From NCBI GenBank assembly GCA_000004985.1, contig GG738846.1: a DNA stretch of 64,000 bases; one strand, written 5' to 3'. The position numbers and the translations under genes are program-made. Below the pieces are notes generated by a model, which had not been told where the DNA came from, made no database searches, and saw only the letters and a list, made by a program, of their open reading frames with translations. Position 1 is the first letter of the stretch. Every line of letters begins with the position of its first letter. Origin of the DNA: Naegleria gruberi. Its lineage: Eukaryota. Shown one piece after another: positions 18,199 to 28,600 of this stretch.

Positions 18199-19116
18199 TT
18201 ATAAAACACTTTCTTTACATAAAAATTCCTCTTGTTGATCTCTCACACGTTGTTCTTCTCTCTTTCTCTCTTTACACTTTTTACACCAATCTTTCAATTC
18301 TTGAATGAGATTCTTCTTATCTTTGAATCTTCCTCTACGATTCACCAAATCAGTTCCACACTTGTAATGAAGAATAACATGGCTATTATGAATGGGTTTC
18401 TTAATTACAATACCCTTATTGTTACTATTACTCAAGCTTGAATCTATTGTTTTACTGACATTATTCATTGATAATGATGGTGCAGTATTATTGATACTGC
18501 CCTGTTGTTGTTCATTGTTGGTGGTGGTAGCATTCTTCTTTTCAAAATTAGACAAATACCATCCCCTAGTCATGGAATAGAGAGAGGCTGATTTGTTATT
18601 GTTATTTGGATAGCCTGGTAAGAGCTCTTCGAGATCTAATTTACGACCAAATACATTGAATTGTACATTATTATAGTTAGTGGAGGATGAGGTAGCATTG
18701 TTTGTTGTGGAATTGTAGAGAATTGGAGAAACTGGAGGATGATCATAATTCATTATGGATGAGAGTGATGAGGATTTGTGCAATTGTTGTTGTTGCTGGC
18801 CTACATTATTTGGTCCACTATTATTCAAGCCTAGTGTGGAAACATTTGGTGTTGTTGTGGTACTACTAGTTGAGTGATGATGCATTGGATAGGGTGAATA
18901 GTGATGATGAAGTGGTTGTTGTTGTTGAGGATTCGAATTCATCACAATTGCACTACCCAGTGCAGGAAATGAAGAAGGTGGTGGAGGTGGAGGAGCCAAA
19001 GCTGATGATGATGATGATGGTGCAAACATTGTCTGTTCCATCATCATTGTATTGGGTGCTATTATCGAAGAAGATGAAGAATGAGGGATAGCGGTTGAAG
19101 ATGGTGGTTGCATCAT
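18199..19116 (-). CDS. Hypothetical S/P/Q/N-rich protein with a basic, Cys-containing C-terminus (possible nucleic-acid-binding tail)
   Basis: 305 aa, starting ATGATG. It has polyS, polyP and polyQ tracts and ends ...HYKCGTDLVNRRGRFKDKKNLIQELKDWCKKCKERKREEQRVRDQQ. I recognise no family. Confidence 0.45.
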   Translation of the reverse strand: MMQPPSSTAIPHSSSSSIIAPNTMMMEQTMFAPSSSSSALAPPPPPPSSFPALGSAIVMNSNPQQQQPLHHHYSPYPMHHHSTSSTTTTPNVSTLGLNNSGPNNVGQQQQQLHKSSSLSSIMNYDHPPVSPILYNSTTNNATSSSTNYNNVQFNVFGRKLDLEELLPGYPNNNNKSASLYSMTRGWYLSNFEKKNATTTNNEQQQGSINNTAPSLSMNNVSKTIDSSLSNSNNKGIVIKKPIHNSHVILHYKCGTDLVNRRGRFKDKKNLIQELKDWCKKCKERKREEQRVRDQQEEFLCKESVL

Positions 19117-19325
19117 TTTATTTTAAAATAAATGTCTAACGGCTATGAACGCAAATCAATAAGAAAACGCGCTAAATTTTAAAAAAAATTAAAAAACATT
19201 CTAAGGAGATTTGCAATAAATAATTTGGATTGAGGATCATTCAGTCACTCATTCTTTGAAATAATAAGAATGAAATGTTTGATGAATAAATAATATTTGA
19301 TTTTTATAAAAATAGAACAAAAAAA

Positions 19326-20615
19326 ATGTCAATACTCGAAGAACAAAACACACTCCCATTCTCTGAACAAGAATCACCAGAAAATTATCTTTATTTTCTT
19401 ACCACAGTTAATCCAACAGATTTTATTAATACGTCGGAGAGAGGAAGTAAAATTGTAAAATTATTTTCGGAACACTTTTTACCTTTGCCCTTCTCATCGA
19501 ATGAGGATGGATCTGACTTGACAGAGGAAACAACAGTAATTTTACTTGTTCCATACTTTATTGCATTGGGAACTTTGCAAATTAGACAGGAAAATACTCA
19601 GCCATTCAATATGGAATTGCATCAAAAAAATAGAAAGATTCAATTGAAACAAGCAAATGAATATTTTTGTAAATTTTTAAATTTGGCTTTACAATATGAT
19701 CAGGTTAATGATGATTACCTCTCTTGGGTATTGCCTCATACAATGAATAGGGATGATGATGAGGAGGAACAAGTTGCAAAATCTACCAAGAAACAGGATA
19801 AGGCATTCGAACAATTGATGAATGACAGAAGTCAAATGGTATTGCGAATGAAGACAAAGAATGCCTTAGCACAGGAGTTATTTTCAAACGTTGAGGAAAT
19901 GTCTGAATTGGAAATTTCTAGATTATTGTCGAGTGTTTCTCTTGGAGAGGATTCAAGCAAGAAGGTTTCAGAACAAGTGAAAAAGAAAATGTTGAACATT
20001 AGAGATTATATTAACTTTTGCGTTCTAGACACTTTGGAGAATTTAGCTTCCAACAGTAGAGAAGAAGGAATGCTCAATGCAGTTTCTGCTCGTCCTTCCA
20101 TGCCTCAACATCCTTCCCAATCGTATCAACAACAAAGTGGTTCAACATCAGGACAACCAATTTCCCATCTTAAGGCTACATCTATTAATGATGTTCTTAA
20201 TAACCGTGGGGTTCTCTCACAAATGGGCTATAATATGATCTTACTTCCAAATAATAATGGTGGCAATACTGGAAACAAGTCAACCAGTAGTGGCAATTCA
20301 TTACAAAAGAAGGCACTCGCCAATCAGTCCATTCAATCCAATATTATCAATAATAGAACAACAAGAGAGGATATCAAAAGTAGAGTGTTTGGATCCTATG
20401 TTCCTGGACCAACAGTATCTCTGGAAGAGTTTGCCCGACAGGAATGTATCGACATGCACCAAAGAGAAGAAAAAGACAAGCAATTCAAACAAGAACAGAC
20501 TCAAAAGAAGAAGGATGACGAAGAGGAAGAAGATGAAGAGGAATTGAAAAAGAAGAGAGTGTGGGAAGATTGGAAAGATGATCATGTTAAAGGTTCTGGT
20601 AATATGAGAGATTAA
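19326..20615 (+). CDS. tap42: TAP42/alpha4 (IGBP1)-like PP2A-regulatory protein
   Basis: The C-terminus EEEDEEELKKKRVWEDWKDDHVKGSGNMRD* matches the human alpha4 tail (...[21 protein letters not shown]). LLVPYFIALGTLQ resembles LLVPAFQGALTMKQ. Confidence 0.65.
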   Translation: MSILEEQNTLPFSEQESPENYLYFLTTVNPTDFINTSERGSKIVKLFSEHFLPLPFSSNEDGSDLTEETTVILLVPYFIALGTLQIRQENTQPFNMELHQKNRKIQLKQANEYFCKFLNLALQYDQVNDDYLSWVLPHTMNRDDDEEEQVAKSTKKQDKAFEQLMNDRSQMVLRMKTKNALAQELFSNVEEMSELEISRLLSSVSLGEDSSKKVSEQVKKKMLNIRDYINFCVLDTLENLASNSREEGMLNAVSARPSMPQHPSQSYQQQSGSTSGQPISHLKATSINDVLNNRGVLSQMGYNMILLPNNNGGNTGNKSTSSGNSLQKKALANQSIQSNIINNRTTREDIKSRVFGSYVPGPTVSLEEFARQECIDMHQREEKDKQFKQEQTQKKKDDEEEEDEEELKKKRVWEDWKDDHVKGSGNMRD

Positions 20616-21430
20616 AATACATCATAATAATTTTCACTCTTGACCACAATCAATGAAGGTTTGAGACATGTTCTCACAAATTCTACAACTTGTTTCACAG
20701 CTTCCACCATTCTATTTCCATTAATATCAATAAACACTTTCAATTCACATGATGGGTTACCATATTTATATCGTCTCCAAACTTTGGAAATGCTTTTTTG
20801 TTCCATTTCATCCAAACAATTGGACCACCAAAATTCAATCTCTGGATATTTCTTTTTAGTTTCCTCAATATAATCCTTTGAAATATCCAAACACAATAAT
20901 TTTGCACAATTTTCAAATAATATTTTAGAGGTATCACCACGAGCAGAACCAATCTCAATCACAAAGTCTCCCGATTGCATTATTGGATCAACACCTCCTT
21001 TCTGTTGCTGTACAAAATCATACGATTTGAAAACTTGTGTTTTTGCAAGCATTCGGAAATCTCTTGTATCTCTACAAACAATCACCTTTTCTTGATGCAA
21101 TAAACTCATGATGGGAATCATCTTGCTTGGAGAGACATGATAACAAGACTGATCTTTACAATATTGAATTTTATATTTTCCAACAAATTCACTCCTCTCA
21201 CTTTCTACCACCTTGTTTACAACTCTGGCAATGGAGTATACTTTTTTCCCTTGAATTATCCATACTAGATTATATTTTGAAAATAGATATTCCTCATTGG
21301 AAGTAATTAATTGGTGATCAAAATTATTATATTCCACTTTTCCGAGATTATATAAAATTAATCCATCTTTTACTCCTTTCATTCCATCGTCATTGTTATT
21401 TTGATGAGTAATGGAAGTTTGTTCCACCAT
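20612..21430 (-). CDS. FtsJ/RrmJ-like SAM-dependent 2'-O-ribose methyltransferase domain protein with an N-terminal Tudor/PWWP-like region of about 110 aa. It appears to lack the C-terminal catalytic-Glu segment.
   Basis: RDFRMLAKTQVFKSYDF...GDFVIEIGSARGDTS...LLCLDIS...FIDINGN...SLIVVKSENYYDVF* aligns with E. coli RrmJ RSRAWFKL...VVDLGAAPGGWSQ...IIACDLLP...VMSDMAPN...SFVVKVFQGEGFDE. The K-D-K residues are present, but the ORF stops where RrmJ continues for about 35 aa including the E. The stop overlaps the TAP42 stop. Confidence 0.5.
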   Translation of the reverse strand: MVEQTSITHQNNNDDGMKGVKDGLILYNLGKVEYNNFDHQLITSNEEYLFSKYNLVWIIQGKKVYSIARVVNKVVESERSEFVGKYKIQYCKDQSCYHVSPSKMIPIMSLLHQEKVIVCRDTRDFRMLAKTQVFKSYDFVQQQKGGVDPIMQSGDFVIEIGSARGDTSKILFENCAKLLCLDISKDYIEETKKKYPEIEFWWSNCLDEMEQKSISKVWRRYKYGNPSCELKVFIDINGNRMVEAVKQVVEFVRTCLKPSLIVVKSENYYDVF

Positions 21431-22170
21431 TTTTTTTGATCAGAAAAAAACTTGTCGTTACAATAATTTCATATTGGGAAGTTCCAAATTTGAAATCTTA
21501 ATGAACTTTAAAGCAAAAATGCAACTCTCTTTCAAATGGACCTTAATTTAAAAGAAAGTTGGTTTCGAATATGATATTGATGTCTAACGATGGTAACACT
21601 GAACCACCAAAGAATGAAATCAAATCCACTAACATTTATTTTGGTCTCGTTCCAGGTGTTGACATCAGTATCAAGATTTTGGTTTAAGTTAATATTTGTA
21701 TTGTTCCACACTTCCTTTGCTTGTTGAAGGACAGGATATCTAAATGTTCATGTTGCATTTTAACAAATTACCACGAGTAACTTCGTTGATAATTAACTAT
21801 CAAGGTTGATAATGAACACATATGAATCTCTCATATAAGGAATAAAATTGCACTTTTTACAATTTGCTTCCTCGGCGTATTGTCAAAAGCAGCTGCATGA
21901 ATGGGTTGTCTGTCCTTATTAGTACGGGTGTGCAAACAATGAGTCGGGAAATCTTCGGGCCACAACCCTACACAATACATGACCTTTACATTGTTACAAA
22001 AATACCTTGGATTTGTAGATAAGATATACAATGACGGCTATGTTTAATAATTAGAATTTAATTAATATTATTCAATTTAGAATGATCAAAGTTATGAGGT
22101 TTGGTGTGAAGATTACTGAAATCTCAAATAAGTATGCACAGATAATTTTCAAATTTTTGCCGAAGATAAT

Positions 22171-22190
22171 TCCTCTGGAATCCTCTGGAA
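22171..22190. repeat. Tandem 10-mer (tcctctggaa x2) in the long intergenic region
   Basis: The repeat is visible directly. Confidence 0.7.
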
Positions 22191-22822
22191 ATGGTTGCAA
22201 GGTATTGACCGACCATACGAATTAAGGGGTTGAAAAGCAAGAAATCCTGCCACATCACTTAGATACCACTATTTCACTGTGGCTTGAGGATTGTTATTAT
22301 TGAATAGATCGACTGCTGTCGCCTAGTAGATGCATTGAGTGGAGTTAGTGGCGAAGAGATATTGCCTTCCACAATCATCATTGATAACCGTCCTTTAAAT
22401 TCTTCAACCTCAACATGAGTGAATATACTTTGTCATGTGGTATAATATATGAACTTTGTACTTAGATGCCGCTTGCTCCTGAAAGCTACTTTAACTATCA
22501 TCTCAATGTAGTGGTGCATTGCAAGGGGTTCCAAATAAGTTGCACCTCCACTAAACAAAGTGTTGCACAAAAGTGGCTGTCTGGTTGAGCACAATCCAAG
22601 CTAAATTAAAAAAAAATCAATATACCCTATCGCTTATTGCCTCAAAAAATTGTTTTCCTTCATCACACAGTAAAAATACATCATCCTTAAATCTACGACA
22701 AGGACAATTTTCAAAACAACATTAAAAACAACAACAATCAACTCTTGAGCATTTCCAACAACAATTACGCAGTCTAGTTTATTATATTCATACAATCATC
22801 TTCATTGTTGGGAATTTAGAAA

Positions 22823-25561
22823 ATGGGAATCAATAAGGTTACACCAATAGAGAATTTTCCAACTCCCTCCTATAACAACCACACGTTGGATCCCAACGCT
22901 TGCGAATTGCAGGAAATATCATCAAATGGATCTTTTAATTATTTACAATCATCAATAGGGAAATTGAGTGCTAGAAGTTTTGATGTGAGGGCCGTTACCA
23001 AAACTTCCTTCTCCAACACTATTCATGTCTCAAGCAAACGGATGGGGAGACCAGATACACCTCCCCCGAACGACCTCAAAAGTATAATTCCCTGGTTCAG
23101 ATATAATTGCTTAACACTGGCTAACTTGGTGATTGTGTTTGTGCTCATATTTATATTATTGTTCTGTATTGCTTTTGCCTTGACCATTGTGCTCTTCACA
23201 GGTCATATTTCATCAGAATTGAGTTCGGTAACAATTGGTGTCATAAAATCCAAGGTGGATCTCTTTCTGAAGGAACGATTAGGTGTCGTAGAGACTGTTG
23301 CCTTTACTGCTCAACAAGATGTACGAATGCTTATCAATCAGTTTGCTTATTCCCCATCACCATTCTCCTCTTCTGCTCTCTCTTCCCATATCAGAGAATA
23401 CCTCTCCTCACGCTTAATTTACCACAACATTACCTCGATAGGGTTATATTTTGAAAATTGCTTGGGCAATGCAAACACTTCTTCCATGTACAAATGCCAA
23501 CTTGATCAATCAACAGATTTTGTAAATAGCTATATTTGGATGAATCAAACAATGAATTCAGATTTGAACACTTACCAAACAAGTGAACATCGAAATACAT
23601 CCATCACCATTGATACCTCCCAACCTCTTCAAACCATAGTCTCGAGTTCCACTAAAATTCCATTAAACTTTGAAGATTCAACTCTCCTCCACTCTGATTC
23701 CGCCTACCGTACCTTTTCCAATGCATTCTATTTAGATATGAAAGACAAACTTGTCAACCTGCCAGCCTATCAAGCTCTACAAGGTGTATGGTCACCATCC
23801 TCTAAAATAGATCCATCCAAATTTAATCTAGTCTTTACTGTGCCTATTTTTGATGCCAATAATTTGCAACTCTATGGAATAACCCAGGTGGAATATCCCT
23901 TACAAGCTTTGGCTCATTTAATGAGGACATTTACTTATCAATCAAAGGGTTACATTGTTCTTTCAGATTTGAACACTGAAAAAGTGGTTATTAGTTCTCT
24001 TCCAGATTCTTACACTCTTAAATCGATCTATGATATTAAGGAACTGAACATTGGTAAACTAATGACGTATCTCAAACAGAATTCCTTCCTCGATTTCAAT
24101 TCTGAAATCTCAGTCAGCGGAGTTGAATTTGAGGGGCTGGTCTACAATATGCTCAATACAAAATTCTCCTACAATAACGTTAACTTAGGGATGACCATTG
24201 TATTGGTCGATGATTCGGTTCAAGAATTCCACAATGATACCCTGTACTTGGCTATTTGTATTTCAGTTGGTTATGTAGTAATTGGACTTGTAATGGCTAT
24301 TATTTTAGGGTTCTTAATTTCGAAACCTCTCAAAGCATTGAGTGTTGAGTTTGGTCACATTAAGCACATGGACCTTGAGAAGGTTAGACAACACTTTTCA
24401 ATGTTTGGTGAATTCCAAGTTCTCTTCCAAAAGTTGGATGAAATGGTTGTTTGGTTGAATGATGTTCGTTCTTTCATTCCTAACAGTATCTTGATGGAAA
24501 TTAGAGGTGATTCAATTGACAATGATGTTACAGAGACTGAAATTGTTACGACAAACATCAATGTAAAAGACAAATTAGCAGAGACCAAAGGAAGAGCAAG
24601 TAGTGAAATTCCAGAAAACTCAATCGCTAACATTGCAAAGGGGTTCAAGACCTATCAAGAATACTCAGTTTTGTATATGCGTATCATGGACTTGGAATCA
24701 TTAACAGTTACCGAGAGAGCATTCTACTTTGAAAAGGTTCTTGAAATTTCATCAAAGATTGCAAAGAAAAACAATGGTGATATCCAATTATTGGATATTA
24801 GCAGAATACGTATTTACTATTGTGATCCAAATAATGAAAATGCCTCCAAAAAGGTGATTACAATGGCTTTGAAAATTTTGAGTGTTGTTGCTGATTTTAG
24901 CTCAACAATGGAGCAACAAGGAAAGTTGCCGTGCAACTTGATAATTTCAATCTCTACGCAGAAGGCTCTCGTTGGTAATATTGGTACTAGGGAGCATAGA
25001 ATCCACACCATTGTTAGTAGATCCATTTCATTGTGTGAACAAATGATGCTCATCGCCAAATCATTGAATATTTCACTTATTGTAGATTCTAACTCTTGTG
25101 CTGCAAACTTGGGAAACTATGTTTATAGGCCAGTTGACAGAATTTCAGTGGAAGACGATTTGATGGTTATTTATGAAATCTTTAGAGAAAATCAAGTAAA
25201 TGACCAAGAATGGATGTACGAACTGGATCAAAAGGAAAAGAATAGTAGCTACAATGAATATCAAAGTGCATTCCAAACCTTATTGAAGGGAGGACCCAAA
25301 ATTGAAGAGTACCGTGAAGCCATCTTGAAAGTTAGACGATTCAAAGGATCTAATGGTTTTGATCGAGATCTTACTGCTGACCATCTAATCTTTATGCTGG
25401 AAAGAGTTTCTGAAAGTTGTGAGAGAGGCCTTTCTGAAAAGTTGAGCCCACAATTCACTTCATCCTATCAATATTGTTCCAGAATATATACAGAATGGGA
25501 AAATAAGTTTGGTATGGATGTGCTGAAAATTAGACCAGTTGAAATTGTCAATAATAAATAA
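22823..25561 (+). CDS. Two-TM receptor-like protein with an extracytoplasmic sensor domain, a HAMP-like linker and a class III nucleotidyl cyclase homology domain, possibly catalytically degenerate
   Basis: TM1 is LTLANLVIVFVLIFILLFCIAFALTIVLF, followed by an extracellular region of about 370 aa, then TM2 YLAICISVGYVVIGLVMAIILGFLI. After it, YSVLYMRIMDLESLT...ALVGNIGTREHRIHTIVSRSISLCEQM follows the class III cyclase pattern (F.DI.GFT ... G.V.G.IG ... VN.ASR), but the positions of the transition-state Asn and Arg appear substituted. Confidence 0.5.
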   Translation: MGINKVTPIENFPTPSYNNHTLDPNACELQEISSNGSFNYLQSSIGKLSARSFDVRAVTKTSFSNTIHVSSKRMGRPDTPPPNDLKSIIPWFRYNCLTLANLVIVFVLIFILLFCIAFALTIVLFTGHISSELSSVTIGVIKSKVDLFLKERLGVVETVAFTAQQDVRMLINQFAYSPSPFSSSALSSHIREYLSSRLIYHNITSIGLYFENCLGNANTSSMYKCQLDQSTDFVNSYIWMNQTMNSDLNTYQTSEHRNTSITIDTSQPLQTIVSSSTKIPLNFEDSTLLHSDSAYRTFSNAFYLDMKDKLVNLPAYQALQGVWSPSSKIDPSKFNLVFTVPIFDANNLQLYGITQVEYPLQALAHLMRTFTYQSKGYIVLSDLNTEKVVISSLPDSYTLKSIYDIKELNIGKLMTYLKQNSFLDFNSEISVSGVEFEGLVYNMLNTKFSYNNVNLGMTIVLVDDSVQEFHNDTLYLAICISVGYVVIGLVMAIILGFLISKPLKALSVEFGHIKHMDLEKVRQHFSMFGEFQVLFQKLDEMVVWLNDVRSFIPNSILMEIRGDSIDNDVTETEIVTTNINVKDKLAETKGRASSEIPENSIANIAKGFKTYQEYSVLYMRIMDLESLTVTERAFYFEKVLEISSKIAKKNNGDIQLLDISRIRIYYCDPNNENASKKVITMALKILSVVADFSSTMEQQGKLPCNLIISISTQKALVGNIGTREHRIHTIVSRSISLCEQMMLIAKSLNISLIVDSNSCAANLGNYVYRPVDRISVEDDLMVIYEIFRENQVNDQEWMYELDQKEKNSSYNEYQSAFQTLLKGGPKIEEYREAILKVRRFKGSNGFDRDLTADHLIFMLERVSESCERGLSEKLSPQFTSSYQYCSRIYTEWENKFGMDVLKIRPVEIVNNK

Positions 25562-25605
25562 TCTACTTCAAGTTTAGATTAATTTTGTTAATACTTTGAC
25601 TTATT

Positions 25606-28600
25606 TTATTGGAAAGCAACTTCAACCTTATCCTCATTTACAATTCTCTTTCTTTGATAAAAGAGCATGTAAGCATTTGAAGTTTTCAATTCCTTCTCTG
25701 TAAGTGGCGAAACAGACGAATCGTTGAAACAATACCATCTACTATCTTCACAATTTTTAGCATATGAATAATAGTGACCACCATAGAGACCTCCTGTATG
25801 ACAACTGATAGCAAATAAATCATAGAGCATGTGGTCTTCTGGCTTTCTAACCATATAATCACTCAAGTCAAGATTATAGATTGGATAATCAACAAGTGCA
25901 TTCACTTTCTCCCTACCAAATCTATTAAAACCAAATCTCTTGAGATGGATAATTAAAATTTCAGGGCTAGACCAAACACAACACTGTTTGAATGCACAAA
26001 CATGTTTCTTACAATCAGGGCAATACCATTGGTCTCTTTCTCCGAGTTGTTCCATTTCACTATTCAATTTCAAACAATCGTCCAGACTAATGTTTTGAGA
26101 TCGAGGGGCCTCGTTAGTAATATTTTGTTCTGCAACATGAACGGTTACTGTTTCTTTAGTTTTCAACATTTTAACATCAAACCAATCAACAGAGAAATAA
26201 TAATTATCCTCCTGTTGTAAGTATTCCTTAACCATATCATCTCTATCATCATAAAGAATTGGAATGCCACATGTATCATTTACAACCTCAACAGACTTGT
26301 CAATAACTGTAAATTTAAATGGAATATTGGCTGGATCAAAGGCAGGGAAAAGTGTCTGACGTAAAATTTCAATTCTTTCAGCAAGAGGATATTCTTGTCC
26401 ATCCTCTTTGGTCGGTTGTAAATTAGTTTCAGGGTCTTCTGGTGATTTCTTGGCTACTCTTTGTAAATGAGACCAAAGAATATCATAAAAGTCCTTTGTG
26501 GAAATTTCCTTCTTTACGAATAATACAAATGGAATACCCACACTCTTGAATTTTCCCTCTTCGGAAGGGTATCTCTGTCTTATTGGAATAATTAAATACT
26601 TCTCAGGAGAGTAATCATCTGGAACATCAGCACATAATACTTTTGGAGTTGATTTGGCGTTAGGATCAATAATCTTAACACTATCATTAAAAGAGAATTG
26701 TCTTCCAATAGAAAATCCAGCCATGGCAAAGAATTGGAGTTTTTGTGGGTCTCTTCCACTAACTTTAGCAAATTGAGTGGCAAGTACTTGAACAGTTGAT
26801 TGCTTTGGTAACTCGACAGTATATTTAGTTGCTCTTCCTCCATTTTCTGTATTCAATAAAATTACATCCAATCGGTGAGGCATTGATTTACCAACAGGAA
26901 CTGAAAGATACTATATAAGTGTAAATAATTATTCAATTTAAAAAAATCCTTACCATAAATGGGTCAAACTTGACTGAAATCTTGTTACAAACTTTGAATA
27001 CATATTAGCAATAAAATACAAATAACAAACTTACCATTACAAATAAGAGTAGACTTGAGTTGTCCTTGAAATAAATCTACAATTACACTATCATTTCTCT
27101 TCAAATGTTGTTCCCAAGATTCTTTTGCAATCACTTCATCAGGTCGTCCGTCATAATCCTTTGCTTCAATATATGGTTTGTTGATTACCTTGTTTAAATC
27201 TTCATGTAAACCATCCAATAAATATGATGTCAATTCTTGAGAGTCGTGTTGATTATAGCCAGAGAATTGAGGGGCAAATTGACTGATGGCATACTTAAAG
27301 TTGGTTGGAGTAAAGTTGGCACCACCACTCCACATTTCTTTAATGAGAGAGGCAAAGTTATTAGCAAGTTTACCCTTAGTTCCCAATGGATTGCTTGTAT
27401 TGATATGCTTTGCATAGAGTCCACTTATAAAGTAATTTTTAAGAGGTACAGTGTTAGAGAGACATTGAATAGCACTGTTCATAAAGCACGTATTACCCAA
27501 ATTTCTCAATCCACACAAACCTCTCTTTTTACTCTTACCTGAGGCAGGAGTTGCAATACCAAATGTACTAAATGAATAATCCTTGATACTATCCCAAATT
27601 TCACTTAATTTACTTCTCTTTTCTTCGTCATCTTCATCTTCCTCTTCATCACTAGCATCGTTTGATTCTTGCTTTTTTTTGAAAATTTCAAGTGGAAATT
27701 CTCCACCATTTTGTTTAAACTCAAAAACGATACTTTGTCCATCAAAAATTAGAGCTTTTTCAAGAGTTTGACTCTCACTGTCAGCAATGGCACTGGCGCT
27801 TGAATCTTCCTTTCGCCACATTCTGCAGTTTTTCAAAGTTGATGTTTTCTGAATTATTGTACTTTCAAAAAGAACACAACCAAGCATTTTCAAATCCTTG
27901 GTAGCCAATTTTTTGCTTACTTGAATTGTTGTCTTGGTATCTTTCATGATTGTTCCCTTTTCATTGACCATATAAATATTGAGAATATATGGATGAATTT
28001 CTACACGTCTCATTTGATTATTTTCCAAGCCATCCACAATAACTCTTCTGACGATTTTTTGACTATTATTAATTTCTCCATACCAATGGGCTAATAAATC
28101 ATAACTCTGTATAATTATTAGTAGTAATTATTATTATAATTAGTTTGACAATAGTATTATAATAAAACTAACCTCCTCGGAAACAAACTCAAAATCTTGT
28201 CTTGTAATATCTCTTTTAAGAACTGTTGTGAATAGAACAGAACCATCTCTTGTAAAATTGGTAAATTCTGGTACTAATGGATGTTTTAAACTAAAACCAT
28301 TATAAATGAGAACTTCTTGAATAATGTCACTATTGTCAATTGGACCAGGAGCAGGAGATTTTTTATGTGATGTTTCCTTGTGTTTCTTCTTTCCAACATT
28401 TTCATTTGGATAATTTACATATTCTTTCCAAATCTTGAACCATGATGAAGAAATAATTACAAATGTGCTTCCTGCTTTAAAAGGTGACTTGTTTTCAATT
28501 GATTCTATTTTTTCCCTTTGTTTTTTAGCATCGGGTTTTGTGTAACTCGTCTTTTTACTCTTACTCTTGGCAGTAATGATCAGAGAAATGCTTCCTTTTT

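Noticed and set aside
20301-20585. 94-aa minus-strand ORF downstream of the methyltransferase gene, considered as its missing C-terminal exon
   Set aside because: It is in hydrophobic, low-complexity antisense sequence of the conserved TAP42 C-terminus and has no FtsJ similarity.
21540-21580. Possible tRNA T-arm-like motif (ggtttcgaat)
   Set aside because: It lacks the CC that follows GGTTCGAAT in real T-loops, and no acceptor stem or anticodon arm can be folded around it. I found no convincing tRNA anywhere in the window.
21831-22031. 66-aa minus-strand ORF in the long intergenic region
   Set aside because: It is short, has no homology and lies in a GC-rich island more likely to be non-coding RNA or regulatory. 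It is not distinguishable from chance.
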